Both the position numbers and the translations under genes were made by a program. The notes under the pieces were generated by a model. That model was not told the DNA's origin and ran no database searches. It was given only the letters and a program-made list of their open reading frames with translations. Of a stretch of DNA of 64,000 nt, positions 26,926 through 36,654 are shown one piece after another. Positions within the stretch are counted from its first letter, which is position 1, and each line of letters starts with the position of its first letter. Origin of the DNA: a virus (taxonomy: Duplodnaviria; Caudoviricetes); IMG/VR virus record IMGVR_UViG_3300035698_028676, positions 1,643-65,642 of that record; one strand, 5' to 3'.

Positions 26926-27258
26926 ATGACTGTTGAAATAATTGATGCTGGGATGTTAGTACTATATCCTTTAATGCTCTTCGCGGGTGTATCTTTATTT
27001 GTATTGACACTGGGAACCATATTCGGACCATCTACAAGTAAAATATACAGACAAGATTTGTCTAACATGTATGTTGCCGGAAAGATCAAGCAAATAGCTA
27101 AAAAAGATGGAATTAATCTTAATGAAGAATTCTTAGACTTCTCTAAAGTAATGAAGAACAAAAAGATTAACCTTGAAGCTTTAGATAATACTGTTGAACG
27201 AGAACTGCAAGAAAAGCTATCAGAGGATAATAAATCCAAACTAGCTACTAAGGAATAA
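26926..27258 (+). CDS. Membrane-anchored hypothetical protein
   Basis: SD GGAGGTG; N-terminal TM. Confidence 0.7.
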   Translation: MTVEIIDAGMLVLYPLMLFAGVSLFVLTLGTIFGPSTSKIYRQDLSNMYVAGKIKQIAKKDGINLNEEFLDFSKVMKNKKINLEALDNTVERELQEKLSEDNKSKLATKE

Positions 27259-27305
27259 ACCTTAACGAATTTTTATTTTTTTATTTTTAAATTAAAACAA
27301 ACAAT

Positions 27306-30026
27306 ATGGAAAACGATAGTATAATTGACTCCAGGAATGCAAAGGCTTCAGCTATATTTAGTAATCCAAAGATTATCTTTCCAATAATTCTAATCCTTCT
27401 AATCATACTAGGTGTTTATATAAGAGCACTTCCTATGACTGACCATAATGGATTACCTGGTCTATGGGATCATTCAAAGAATGCCTGGACATTAGGCCCA
27501 GATTTGGACCCTTGGTCTTTTGTAAAGAACGCTAAAATAATAGCTCAGGGAAGCGGAATACCCGCTATAGATACTCTTAGGAATGTACCACTAGGGGTAG
27601 ATAACTCCAGGGAGACAATACTTCTACCATATATGATATATGGAACTTATCAATTAGTAAACCTATTTGGTACATTTAATATGGAATTTGCTGGGGCCTT
27701 ATTCCCTGTAATAATGTTTGGATTAACAATAATAGCATTCTTCTTATTTACTAGAGAGATATTCTTACATAGTGGAAAAACTAAGGCCAACATTATAGCA
27801 TCTATATCAACATTTTTCTTTACAATAACTCCCGCGCTATTACATAGAACTGTAGCTGGAATACCAGAAAAAGAATCTGCTGGATTTCTATTCATGTTTT
27901 TAGCATTTTATCTGTTCTTAAAATCTATAAAGGCAGGGAATATAAAGAGTGCTATATTATATGGATTCTTAGCTGGAGCTGCAACAACTATTATGAGATT
28001 TATATGGGGAGGAGCTGTATATATTTTTGGTGCAATATTTATGGCAGTTTTATTATCATTCTTATTTAATAAAGTAAATAGTAAATACTATGCAGCATAT
28101 AGTTCGTGGCTAATTACTACATGTTTAACTATGGTGATGTTCTCTAGTTGGTTTACTCTTGGTGGGTTGTTAGTATTATCATACACAAGTGTCTGTATCC
28201 TTCTTTGGTTTTTTCTGACTCTTCATATAATATTATGGAATACTAGACTATCGAATATAGGATTTATGAATACATTAAAGCAGAAATTACCAAAGAATAT
28301 CATTTCAATAATAATCTCTTTAATACTATTGATACCAATATCTCTGATTATATTTGGTCCAGATTTTATTTATGGTAAACTTAAAATAATATATGAACTT
28401 CTGTTTAATCCTATTACTGGAAGATGGAATACTACTGTAGCAGAGAATAGACCTCCATTCCTTGGAGAGTGGATGGGGAACTTTGGACCATTCATAGGAA
28501 ACTTACCAGTAATGTTTACATTGTTCATAACTGGGTCTGTTGTATTGTTTAAAGAGGCGTTAACTAATTTGAAGAAAAAGGATTCTGTTAGATTAACTAT
28601 TATATATTTGATATTATTAATGGGTATTACTTTCTCAAGAATAGCATCGACTAGTATATTCAATGGACAAAACTTTATAAGTAAACTATTCTTTATAGGC
28701 TCTATCTTATTTTTTATTATATCATTATTATATTATTCTATTAAATATATCAAAGAAGGTAATAATGGATTTAAAAAGATAAAGTTTGAATATATATTGG
28801 CAATATCATTATTTGTTCTTTGTTTATTGACAGTCCGTGGAGCCATAAGGTTGACAATGGTTCTAGCGTCGGTAGTACCAATCTTTGTTGGATACTTTGT
28901 TGTTAAACTAAGTTATTCTGTAAAAGATAATTTAACGTCTACTGATAATACAAGAAACAATAATACAGTTTTTGATAAAAGTTATATAAGTATATTCTTT
29001 CTAATAATAGTAATACTATCTAGCTTCTCAGTTGGATATACATTCTATAAAACATCTACATCTATAGCATATAGCATGGTGCCAAATTACTATAATATTC
29101 AATGGCAAAATGCTATGGGCTGGGTAAGAGATAACACAGAGGTTGATTCAGTCTTTGCTCACTGGTGGGATTACGGATACTGGGTACAGGCAATAGGAGA
29201 AAGGGCCACAGTAACAGATGGTGGTAATGTAATAACTTATTGGAATTATCTAATGGGTAGGCATGTGCTTACTGGAGATAATCAGGAAGACGCATTAGAA
29301 TTTTTATATAACCATAACGCAGATTATCTTTTAATTGATAGTTCAGATATAGGAAAATATGGTGCATATAGTAGCATAGGAAGTGATGGTAATTATGATA
29401 GATTCTCTACTGTATCTACGCTTCTAATGGACCCTCAACAGACACATGAAAATGGCAACTCAACTACATATTTTTATAATGGTGGCATGAATTTAGATGA
29501 AGATATAAATTATGAAATAAATGGAATATCATATTTCTTCCCACAATCGCAATCTGCTATTTATGGGATTATTATAACTGAAGGAAATAATACAATTGAA
29601 GGAGTTGATATATTAATAATAAACAAAGGAGTATTGACTCCTATACCATTAAGATACATCCAAAATGGAGATATGTATTATGATACTGGCAGTGGATTAA
29701 ACGGAACTGTAAAAACAATTACAAGAGTCGATGCTGCTGGAGTAGTACATCAGAATGGAGCATTACTATATATTTCTCCAAGAGTAACAAAAACTTTATT
29801 TTCTCATCTATACCTTTTAGATGACCCTACAAAAAAATTCCCTAATTTTGAACTCTCACATGCCGAACCAAACATAATGACTCAGGATAATAATATATTT
29901 TTTTATGATCCTATCGGCACTGTTGGGCCAATAAAAATATGGTCAATAAACTATTCTGGTGATGAAGAACTCAAAGAAGAATATATAGATATCGATTCTA
30001 CAAAATATCTAGATTGGAAGCTTTAA
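27306..30026 (+). CDS. aglB: Oligosaccharyltransferase AglB (STT3 family)
   Basis: DLDPW, PEKE, TVAEN (TIxE-like), HWWDYGYW, DIGK (DK motif), many TM helices. Confidence 0.95.
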   Translation: MENDSIIDSRNAKASAIFSNPKIIFPIILILLIILGVYIRALPMTDHNGLPGLWDHSKNAWTLGPDLDPWSFVKNAKIIAQGSGIPAIDTLRNVPLGVDNSRETILLPYMIYGTYQLVNLFGTFNMEFAGALFPVIMFGLTIIAFFLFTREIFLHSGKTKANIIASISTFFFTITPALLHRTVAGIPEKESAGFLFMFLAFYLFLKSIKAGNIKSAILYGFLAGAATTIMRFIWGGAVYIFGAIFMAVLLSFLFNKVNSKYYAAYSSWLITTCLTMVMFSSWFTLGGLLVLSYTSVCILLWFFLTLHIILWNTRLSNIGFMNTLKQKLPKNIISIIISLILLIPISLIIFGPDFIYGKLKIIYELLFNPITGRWNTTVAENRPPFLGEWMGNFGPFIGNLPVMFTLFITGSVVLFKEALTNLKKKDSVRLTIIYLILLMGITFSRIASTSIFNGQNFISKLFFIGSILFFIISLLYYSIKYIKEGNNGFKKIKFEYILAISLFVLCLLTVRGAIRLTMVLASVVPIFVGYFVVKLSYSVKDNLTSTDNTRNNNTVFDKSYISIFFLIIVILSSFSVGYTFYKTSTSIAYSMVPNYYNIQWQNAMGWVRDNTEVDSVFAHWWDYGYWVQAIGERATVTDGGNVITYWNYLMGRHVLTGDNQEDALEFLYNHNADYLLIDSSDIGKYGAYSSIGSDGNYDRFSTVSTLLMDPQQTHENGNSTTYFYNGGMNLDEDINYEINGISYFFPQSQSAIYGIIITEGNNTIEGVDILIINKGVLTPIPLRYIQNGDMYYDTGSGLNGTVKTITRVDAAGVVHQNGALLYISPRVTKTLFSHLYLLDDPTKKFPNFELSHAEPNIMTQDNNIFFYDPIGTVGPIKIWSINYSGDEELKEEYIDIDSTKYLDWKL

Positions 30027-30043
30027 ATACTACTTAAAATTAT

Positions 30044-30745
30044 ATGAAAAATAAATGTCAAATCTGTGGTAATGAATGTCGTAATAAGTTCTGCTCAGTT
30101 AACTGCTATCGTAAAAAGCCAACAACTATGAAAAAAAAGAAATGCAAAAATTGTGATACGTATTTTTATGTTAATCCTTTAGATAGTAATCATTATTTTT
30201 GTTCAAAACTATGTTGGGAAATATATAGGGAGATCAATAAAAAAATAGATTGGGGTGATCCTGAAGAAGTAAAAAAATATATGAGAAAAGTGCATTTAAA
30301 AAAGAATAAAGAAAGGTATGAAAAAAGCAAAAAAAATAAATGCGAGATATGCTGTAGGCCATCTGTTAATAAATACTGTTCGCATAGATGTCTAGTTATA
30401 GGTATAACTGGGAAAAACAATTCTAATTATATTGGTGGAGATATAAAAATGTATGATAATAAATTTACTCTGCAGTTTAGGAAACTAATTAGGAATAGAG
30501 ATAAAAAATGCATGGAATGTGGTAGATTAATAAACTTTGGTAACAGAGAGTTAGATGTTCATCATATAGATAATTCACATAATAATTCTTGCATAAAAAA
30601 TTGCATAAGTCTGTGTTCATCTTGTCATGCAACGGTTACTTTCGGTAAAGATAAATATACTTATTATATGCCAAAATTTAGAAGATTACTTAATATGATT
30701 TATGGATATAAATATGATAACTATAATGCTATCACATCAGAGTAG
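30044..30745 (+). CDS. HNH endonuclease with zinc-finger repeats
   Basis: CxxC..FCSxxC repeats; IRNRD..C..C, VHHID...NCISLC..CH. Confidence 0.85.
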   Translation: MKNKCQICGNECRNKFCSVNCYRKKPTTMKKKKCKNCDTYFYVNPLDSNHYFCSKLCWEIYREINKKIDWGDPEEVKKYMRKVHLKKNKERYEKSKKNKCEICCRPSVNKYCSHRCLVIGITGKNNSNYIGGDIKMYDNKFTLQFRKLIRNRDKKCMECGRLINFGNRELDVHHIDNSHNNSCIKNCISLCSSCHATVTFGKDKYTYYMPKFRRLLNMIYGYKYDNYNAITSE

Positions 30746-30761
30746 TTCAATATGATTAAGT

Positions 30762-30795
30762 TACTACTTAATAGTGATACCGAAAGATTTATAAA
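30762..30795 (+). promoter_or_regulatory. Class A promoter copy 8
   Basis: TACTAC-TTA-ATAGTG-ATACCGAAAGA-TTTATAAA; extra TACTAC at 30825. Confidence 0.82.
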
Positions 30796-30860
30796 GGGAA
30801 GTATCTATATAGAGAGAGTATAATTACTACTTTTAAATAGTAAAAGTATTTTAAAACAAG

Positions 30861-31049
30861 ATGGTAACAGAAAAAGAAAAAGCTGAGGGAAAAAGTAAGC
30901 CAGAAGTATTTGAAAAGTCTTGCCCATATTGTGATAAGCCTTTTTACTCATTAAGTGAAAAGCAATTACTTTTTAATTATACAAGCCACATAGGTTCTTG
31001 TAAATTTAAAAATGATAAAAAGAAAAATCTAGAGGCAAAGAAAGAATGA
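30861..31049 (+). CDS. Small zinc-finger protein
   Basis: CPYC...HIGSC. Confidence 0.7.
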   Translation: MVTEKEKAEGKSKPEVFEKSCPYCDKPFYSLSEKQLLFNYTSHIGSCKFKNDKKKNLEAKKE

Positions 31050-31285
31050 AATTTTCAGATTATTTTAGTATAACAGGAATAGTATATGTGTTTTTTATGT
31101 TCTTCTTTATATGGTTTATAAGAATATCTAATATTACAAGTTTGATAGTTGAACCTATTACGCAATGGCATGTAGTATTTAATATTGGGGTTTGGTTTGT
31201 ATTAGTTATGTTTTGTATGAATGGATTTCTTGATTCAGCCTCAAGAAGTGAAGCCCGTAGATTAAGAAGAGGGGCAAATAAATAA
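31046..31285 (+). CDS. Two-TM membrane protein
   Basis: Hydrophobic hairpin, basic tail. Confidence 0.65.
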   Translation: MKFSDYFSITGIVYVFFMFFFIWFIRISNITSLIVEPITQWHVVFNIGVWFVLVMFCMNGFLDSASRSEARRLRRGANK

Positions 31286-31286
31286 A

Positions 31287-31601
31287 ATGGGTTTTGGATG
31301 CTTTGCTGGGTTTGAAGGATTTGATTGTAGTATCCTTTGGATTATTTTAATAATGATATTTTTCTCCGCGGCAATATTTAGAAAAAATGTAGCAGAAGGG
31401 ATTTTAGATATGGATTTCTCACTTATAGGAGGATCTGCTATTGGAGCTATCGCATTTGTAGTTATGATATTTATAACACACTCTATGAAATGGAGTGGAG
31501 TCGCTGGAGTTGTAGGAATGATAATAGGTGGGTTTATTGGTTCACAATTTTTACCAGATGGAGAAAGTAGTTCTGGAGGTGGAGATGGTGGTTGGTTCTA
31601 A
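31287..31601 (+). CDS. Three-TM Gly-rich membrane protein
   Basis: Three hydrophobic helices. Confidence 0.7.
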   Translation: MGFGCFAGFEGFDCSILWIILIMIFFSAAIFRKNVAEGILDMDFSLIGGSAIGAIAFVVMIFITHSMKWSGVAGVVGMIIGGFIGSQFLPDGESSSGGGDGGWF

Positions 31602-31995
31602 TAACCAAAGCGATGAAGTCGCGGCTGTTGGTTCTAATGATACAGTTATTATAAAAAATAAAGAGATAAAGAAAACAAAGGGGAATTATTGTTTTCCTGA
31701 CTTTTTAGGTAAAGCTATGGCTGGTGTAGGACAGAGAGTTCAATTCGAGTCTTCATTATTAAGTATGGCATCAATTTTAGTAGGAATAATGATCATGGGT
31801 TTTGTTACAGTGCTTGGTACTGATTTATCATTGTTTATAAAAATAATGACTGGGCTTAATTGTGCAGCAGCATTTGTATTCTTATCATCTAGTATGATAA
31901 CCACATTCCAACAATATCAAGCATATCTAAGTATAATGGGTATTCTAGAATCTGAAGAAGAAATAAATAATGAAAGTATTAAGATTAATATTTGA
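31585..31995 (+). CDS. Two-TM membrane protein
   Basis: SD GGAGGTG places start at 31585. Confidence 0.65.
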   Translation: MVVGSNNQSDEVAAVGSNDTVIIKNKEIKKTKGNYCFPDFLGKAMAGVGQRVQFESSLLSMASILVGIMIMGFVTVLGTDLSLFIKIMTGLNCAAAFVFLSSSMITTFQQYQAYLSIMGILESEEEINNESIKINI

Positions 31996-32022
31996 AAAAT
32001 TAATGAAAGGAGGAATAAAAAA

Positions 32023-32361
32023 ATGGAAAATGAAATAAGCAACATCGAAGAAGATTTTAATATAGATGAGCTATTAGGGGAAGATGAAGATAGTCCAACC
32101 GAAGAATCTAAGAAAGAAGTTGTTAAATCCAAACAAAAGAAAGCCGTTGTAAAAGCTGCAGTTAAAGAAGAAGTTGCACCAGCTGTTCCAGTAGAGGTAG
32201 CAAATGCAGAAAGAGATCTTCTAGATATGGAATGGCAAATGATTTCACAGCAAGCGTATGAAGGATATCAAAACATAAAAACAGGAGAAGTTATAGATAA
32301 CAAAGAAGCTATTAGAAGATGTTTGTGTTATGCTCAAGAGGCAGCTAGAAATTCAAGATGA
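32023..32361 (+). CDS. Acidic hypothetical protein
   Basis: SD TGAAAGGAGG. Confidence 0.7.
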   Translation: MENEISNIEEDFNIDELLGEDEDSPTEESKKEVVKSKQKKAVVKAAVKEEVAPAVPVEVANAERDLLDMEWQMISQQAYEGYQNIKTGEVIDNKEAIRRCLCYAQEAARNSR

Positions 32362-32591
32362 AAATGGAAGAAAAAGATATATCAATTAAAGAAGAGCCAG
32401 AAGATTATAAACAAGAAGATACAAAAAATAAGTTCATGACTTACTTTTTACTATTTTTCCCAACTATAATTATAATGGCAATTCCAGATAAAATAAATAA
32501 TATAGTTATGTTAAGTATGTCTATTAAAGGACTGCTAGCATTCTTTCAATTTATTACAATAAAAACATTTGTAGATAAACACTACGAATAG
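32358..32591 (+). CDS. Small membrane protein
   Basis: Two hydrophobic segments. Confidence 0.6.
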   Translation: MKMEEKDISIKEEPEDYKQEDTKNKFMTYFLLFFPTIIIMAIPDKINNIVMLSMSIKGLLAFFQFITIKTFVDKHYE

Positions 32592-32616
32592 TTTTGAAGG
32601 ATATATAGATTAATTT

Positions 32617-32646
32617 ATAATGTGGCCCACTATCGGGCCATATTAT
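32617..32646 (+). terminator. Hairpin followed by T-tract (terminator-like)
   Basis: ATAATGTGGCCC-ACTATC-GGGCCATATTAT then TTTATTTT. Confidence 0.45.
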
Positions 32647-32663
32647 TTTATTTTAAAAAAACA

Positions 32664-33065
32664 ATGGCAAAAAGAATTAAATTAGCATTTATGGTAAACA
32701 GAGAAACCTTTCGTATAGAGATAGAAGATAAAAATATTTGGTATACGGATAGAAGGTGGGATAGAGCTATTAGGCTTATTCCTAGGGATAAAGATTTCTT
32801 AAGAAAGATAATGTTTAGTAGAGGGAAGATACCACCTTTGATAAAGGACTTGTTTACACTTACAAAGAAAGAGCAAGAAGAATATGATAACGCTGAAGAT
32901 GCAAGAGAACTTGCAGATATCTGTATAAGAGATTGTAAAAGATATGGTTCGAAATTACTGAGAGAAGATGTTGAGGAGATAGAGGAAGAGGAAGATACAT
33001 ATAATCCTAAATGGACTAAAGTAGAAATAGATGAAGATGAGGTAAAAGACAATGAGTTTCGATAG
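32664..33065 (+). CDS. Hypothetical protein
   Basis: Start set at MAKRI, downstream of the hairpin. Confidence 0.7.
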   Translation: MAKRIKLAFMVNRETFRIEIEDKNIWYTDRRWDRAIRLIPRDKDFLRKIMFSRGKIPPLIKDLFTLTKKEQEEYDNAEDARELADICIRDCKRYGSKLLREDVEEIEEEEDTYNPKWTKVEIDEDEVKDNEFR

Positions 33066-33255
33066 TATATTAAATGCTATAATTCCATGGGTTGTATTTG
33101 TCATCGGTATTTATATATTATATCGACCGCTGAAAGAACCTCTAGACCCAATGTTTAGAGGAATAGGAAATATGCTTAGGAATATAAAGAATATGATAAC
33201 TGGAGAAAATGATGATGATTCATTTGAAAGAATTACAACATTAGAATATGAATAA
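33052..33255 (+). CDS. Small membrane protein
   Basis: N-terminal TM. Confidence 0.6.
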   Translation: MSFDSILNAIIPWVVFVIGIYILYRPLKEPLDPMFRGIGNMLRNIKNMITGENDDDSFERITTLEYE

Positions 33256-33257
33256 AA

Positions 33258-33584
33258 ATGGAAAATAAAATAAAAGATAATAAAGAAAAGAAAATAGTCC
33301 TATGGGAAGGTTTTCGTAAAGAACTTCCGTGGATATTATTTTGGGCACTATTGATTATAATGTCTTATGGATATTATCAAGATAAAAAAATATGTGAAGA
33401 AGTTTTAGCTGATCCATGTTCGGCTTGTTACTCACTAAATAAAACAATGATGGATTCTGACTACTTAAAAGAATATACTATAAGTGATGATATACCTAAA
33501 TATAAAGATGTTTATATAAACGAATCTGCTATCCCGATTGAAGATAAAAATCCCAACAGCAGAACTATTTCTATATACGAATAA
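33258..33584 (+). CDS. Single-pass membrane protein with CxxC
   Basis: TM then C......PCSAC. Confidence 0.65.
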   Translation: MENKIKDNKEKKIVLWEGFRKELPWILFWALLIIMSYGYYQDKKICEEVLADPCSACYSLNKTMMDSDYLKEYTISDDIPKYKDVYINESAIPIEDKNPNSRTISIYE

Positions 33585-34012
33585 TGGCTGACAAATATAT
33601 CCCACTAATTTATGCATATATTTATATGAAGATAAAAAAACAAATGAAAGCTGGTAGGATATCTGCATCTACACTAAGAACAATTATAAAAAAAATAATC
33701 TTATGCGATAAAGATAGAGGCTCAAAAGGAATACCTAGAAGATACCGTTATGATATAATAAAAGATCTTGTTGAATTGGGGCTTATAGAAAAGGTTGGAG
33801 CGATACGTAAAAATAATATATATATTGATAGTAATGATAATGTTTCAGAGGTCGCGGAAAGATTAAATGATTGGAATATTAGTGATAAGCTAAGGGAAGA
33901 TGATAGTGTAAATGAGAAATTAGGTATTGCACTTGAGATATTAGATAAAGATAAAACTTATAGAGTAGTTAAAAGCCAATGTGATAAACAAGTGAACCAG
34001 GCTTTCTGGTAA
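33584..34012 (+). CDS. Putative winged-helix DNA-binding protein
   Basis: YDIIKDLVELGLIEKV recognition-helix/wing pattern. Confidence 0.45.
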   Translation: MADKYIPLIYAYIYMKIKKQMKAGRISASTLRTIIKKIILCDKDRGSKGIPRRYRYDIIKDLVELGLIEKVGAIRKNNIYIDSNDNVSEVAERLNDWNISDKLREDDSVNEKLGIALEILDKDKTYRVVKSQCDKQVNQAFW

Positions 34013-34060
34013 TATCCCTAAGTGAATACTTAGGAATATTTTACGTTTGCAAAGCAAACG
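34011..34060. terminator. Tandem hairpins at the convergence of the two arms
   Basis: AATATCCCTAAGT-GAAT-ACTTAGGAATATT and CGTTTGC-AAA-GCAAACG. Confidence 0.55.
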
Positions 34061-34201
34061 AGTAATACTTTTACCTAAAAATATTTAACGTTATCTGCGA
34101 TGAACGAGTAATATATCTAGATTGGTAATGGTTCTCAAAGTATGTTAGCCATACATTTTTATCCCGAATATTCTTGTTCTTTATAAAATATAACATTGTT
34201 A

Positions 34202-34339
34202 TTATGTACTTAATGTTGGTGTGACCATACCTAAAGTTAATCCAACTACTGCTAACGCTCCACATACAACTATAGCCTTTCCGGCAGTCTTAACTACGTT
34301 CTTACCAGTATCTTTACTCCATGCTTCTTTACTCGCCAT
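34202..34339 (-). CDS. Small hydrophobic protein (45 aa, not in ORF track)
   Basis: MASKEAWSKDTGKNVVKTAGKAIVVCGALAVVGLTLGMVTPTLST*. Confidence 0.55.
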   Translation of the reverse strand: MASKEAWSKDTGKNVVKTAGKAIVVCGALAVVGLTLGMVTPTLST

Positions 34340-34353
34340 TATAAATTAAATAA

Positions 34354-34551
34354 TTATAATTTAGCTACGGAATTAGCTGTAGCTCCTATTAATGGAACTC
34401 CTACTAGAATGTCCATTGAACTCTTGAGAAAATCTCCTGGTTTGCTCTTCCCTTTTAAAGAATCATCTGCTAGTTTAGCTGAATTCCCAACTAAGGCTAA
34501 AGACATCATCCCTGGGATAACTCCTGCTACTGATTTTGTTAAATCTGTCAT
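34354..34551 (-). CDS. Small two-helix hydrophobic protein (possible virion protein)
   Basis: VIPGMMSLAL and ILVGVPLIG helices; SD GAAAGGAGG. Confidence 0.65.
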   Translation of the reverse strand: MTDLTKSVAGVIPGMMSLALVGNSAKLADDSLKGKSKPGDFLKSSMDILVGVPLIGATANSVAKL

Positions 34552-34752
34552 TTACTTTAAAAACCTCCTTTCATCTGAGGAAAGGTGGACTGATTTTATC
34601 AGACTCCCTTTTCCTACTTTATCATCAACTATCTTAATCTCTCTTTTAGTATCAAATTTAAACTTCATATTATTCAAGTCTTCTTTATTCTCCTTATCGA
34701 ATGGAGCAATAGCTTCAACTACTAAGGTTTCGTTTATTATTTTTTTCTTCAT
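34552..34752 (-). CDS. Hypothetical protein
   Basis: 66-aa ORF abutting next gene. Confidence 0.55.
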   Translation of the reverse strand: MKKKIINETLVVEAIAPFDKENKEDLNNMKFKFDTKREIKIVDDKVGKGSLIKSVHLSSDERRFLK

Positions 34753-34797
34753 TGTATTTTTATTTGCAAATAAATGGAGATATGTAACACCTAGGCG

Positions 34798-34823
34798 TGG
34801 GCAGTTAAATTAATAACTGCCCA
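34798..34823 (-). terminator. Intergenic hairpin downstream of capsid-like gene
   Basis: TGGGCAGTTA-N6-TAACTGCCCA perfect 10-bp stem. Confidence 0.5.
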
Positions 34824-34855
34824 TTAAGATGATTCATTCTACTTACTACAAGTAT

Positions 34856-35386
34856 TTAAACACTCCAAATACCTTCTCTTTTACCTACTGCGTAAAATAA
34901 TCCAATTCCAATTCCCATCAATGCTATCGCAAAGAATCCAGGAACCAAATTTATAATAGACCTATTCCATCCTTCAGTAAGGTAGTCTTCCTCACAGTAT
35001 TGATAAGTCGCAGTTGTAGTATTATATCCAGTGTCATTAACATTATCACTGTTATTAAATACTATCCCTCCCGTAGAGGCATTAAAAGTATAGTCAACAG
35101 CAGTCCATGTTACTGAGCCATTGTGTAAAATAAGTCCAGCGATAGGACATCCAGTAACTCTCCAAGTTGTTGGCACATTAGCTACATAGAATGTAGATCC
35201 TGGTATAATTTCCCCTTTACCATCTGCAGTTAGATTCCTAGCTGATTCATAACTTATATTCTCTCCAGAGATATTAACAGTATTAGTTAATGCGTTACCA
35301 GAAGTAGCGATTACTCCTAATAGAGAAATACCAATAATTAATGCGACAAAAGCGCTAACAAGTAAGCTTACATTTTCGTTTTCCAT
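34856..35386 (-). CDS. Two-hydrophobic-helix glycoprotein, candidate spindle-virus-type capsid protein
   Basis: N helix FVALIIGISLLGVIA, sequon-rich middle, C helix IINLVPGFFAIAL; SD GAAAGGGGGT. Confidence 0.6.
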   Translation of the reverse strand: MENENVSLLVSAFVALIIGISLLGVIATSGNALTNTVNISGENISYESARNLTADGKGEIIPGSTFYVANVPTTWRVTGCPIAGLILHNGSVTWTAVDYTFNASTGGIVFNNSDNVNDTGYNTTTATYQYCEEDYLTEGWNRSIINLVPGFFAIALMGIGIGLFYAVGKREGIWSV

Positions 35387-35460
35387 TTATTCATTACCCC
35401 CTTTCATTAAAGTTTTAAACGTTAAAGCATAAATCAAAGATTTATTCAATGTTATAATTT

Positions 35461-35718
35461 TCATTCCTTTTCACCATCCGCAAAATCTCTTAAACTCCCA
35501 ACCGTAGCAAATTCTCTTTCCATTCTAATCTTCCATTTACTACTAGGATCATGTTGCTTCTTCCTATTCATAGGTTTACAATCGTACTTATTCTTAACTC
35601 CATCATTGTCCCAATCACCCATTGGTTTCAGTCTAGGGTTAGCCCACTTAGCTTCAGCCCAATTCATCTTCCTTCTATCTTTTGGTTTCTTTATATCAAA
35701 TATCTTTATCATTTCCAT
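35461..35718 (-). CDS. Basic protein with GDxDxDGVKNxxDCKP motif (paralog 4)
   Basis: MNWAEAKWANPRLKPMGDWDNDGVKNKYDCKPMN. Confidence 0.75.
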   Translation of the reverse strand: MEMIKIFDIKKPKDRRKMNWAEAKWANPRLKPMGDWDNDGVKNKYDCKPMNRKKQHDPSSKWKIRMEREFATVGSLRDFADGEKE

Positions 35719-35719
35719 A

Positions 35720-36019
35720 TTATTCTTCGTAGTCATACTCGTATGACCCAACATTTTTAGCTCCTTGTTTTTTTAATAGTTTCTTTGCAGACTTTAGTTC
35801 TTCTTTCCCATGGACAAGATACTCTCCTGCTTGGCTATAAACCATATGATATTTTCCTTTTCCTTGCATCTTTCTATTCATTGGCTTACAATCGAATTGA
35901 TTCTTAACTCCATCATTATCCCAATCACCCATCGGTTTTAATTTAGGAAATTTATGTTTAGCTTGTGCCCAGTTCATATTCTTTCTATCCATTGGTTTCT
36001 TTATTTTTATAAATTCCAT
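35720..36019 (-). CDS. Basic protein with GDxDxDGVKNxxDCKP motif (paralog 3)
   Basis: MNWAQAKHKFPKLKPMGDWDNDGVKNQFDCKPMN. Confidence 0.8.
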   Translation of the reverse strand: MEFIKIKKPMDRKNMNWAQAKHKFPKLKPMGDWDNDGVKNQFDCKPMNRKMQGKGKYHMVYSQAGEYLVHGKEELKSAKKLLKKQGAKNVGSYEYDYEE

Positions 36020-36020
36020 A

Positions 36021-36464
36021 TTATACGTTCGCTCCTTCTACATTTCTTAAATGCTCTATTGCTTCTTTCTTAGTAAATCCCCAGTCTTCTTTCATCATTC
36101 TTATTCTTTCTTTAGTTTCTGTATCAACATCCTGCCTTTTTCTATTCAAAGGTTTACAATCAAACATATTCTTAACTCCATCTCTATCTTTATCACCCAT
36201 AGGTTTAAGCTTAGGATACTTCCATTTAGTTTGAGACCAATTCATATCCTTATCTTTCATAGGAGATTTAATTTTAAATGAAGGAATAGTCTTACTAAGT
36301 TTCCCTGCTTTAGAAATAGGTTTTAATAATGGGTTGCTATATCTTGCTTCTTCCCATTTATTATTTAGTCTCTTGGGTTTTCCAACTTTCAAGTTACCAA
36401 AGATAGGCGAAGCTGATTGCTTTCCCTTCTTCACTGTAGTCTTTATATCAAACATTGATTTCAT
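36021..36464 (-). CDS. Basic protein with GDxDxDGVKNxxDCKP motif (paralog 2)
   Basis: MNWSQTKWKYPKLKPMGDKDRDGVKNMFDCKPLN. Confidence 0.8.
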   Translation of the reverse strand: MKSMFDIKTTVKKGKQSASPIFGNLKVGKPKRLNNKWEEARYSNPLLKPISKAGKLSKTIPSFKIKSPMKDKDMNWSQTKWKYPKLKPMGDKDRDGVKNMFDCKPLNRKRQDVDTETKERIRMMKEDWGFTKKEAIEHLRNVEGANV

Positions 36465-36625
36465 TTCTTTTTATAAGTAAGTTTTGCAGATTTCATTGCT
36501 TCACTTAACTTAACTGATTTATTTTTTACTTTCATGTCGGCATAAACCTTTTTCAGGTGCACCTGCCATGGGTTAACTGTCTTAACCTTTATCTTCTCTG
36601 TTTTTATTTTAATTTTTTGTTTCAT
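36461..36625 (-). CDS. Small basic HMG-box-like DNA-binding protein
   Basis: NPWQVHLKKV...LSEAMKSAKLTYKK; SD GGAGGT sets start at MKQK. Confidence 0.6.
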   Translation of the reverse strand: MKQKIKIKTEKIKVKTVNPWQVHLKKVYADMKVKNKSVKLSEAMKSAKLTYKKK

Positions 36626-36654
36626 TTTTGTATTACCTCCGTTTAATTTAATTG

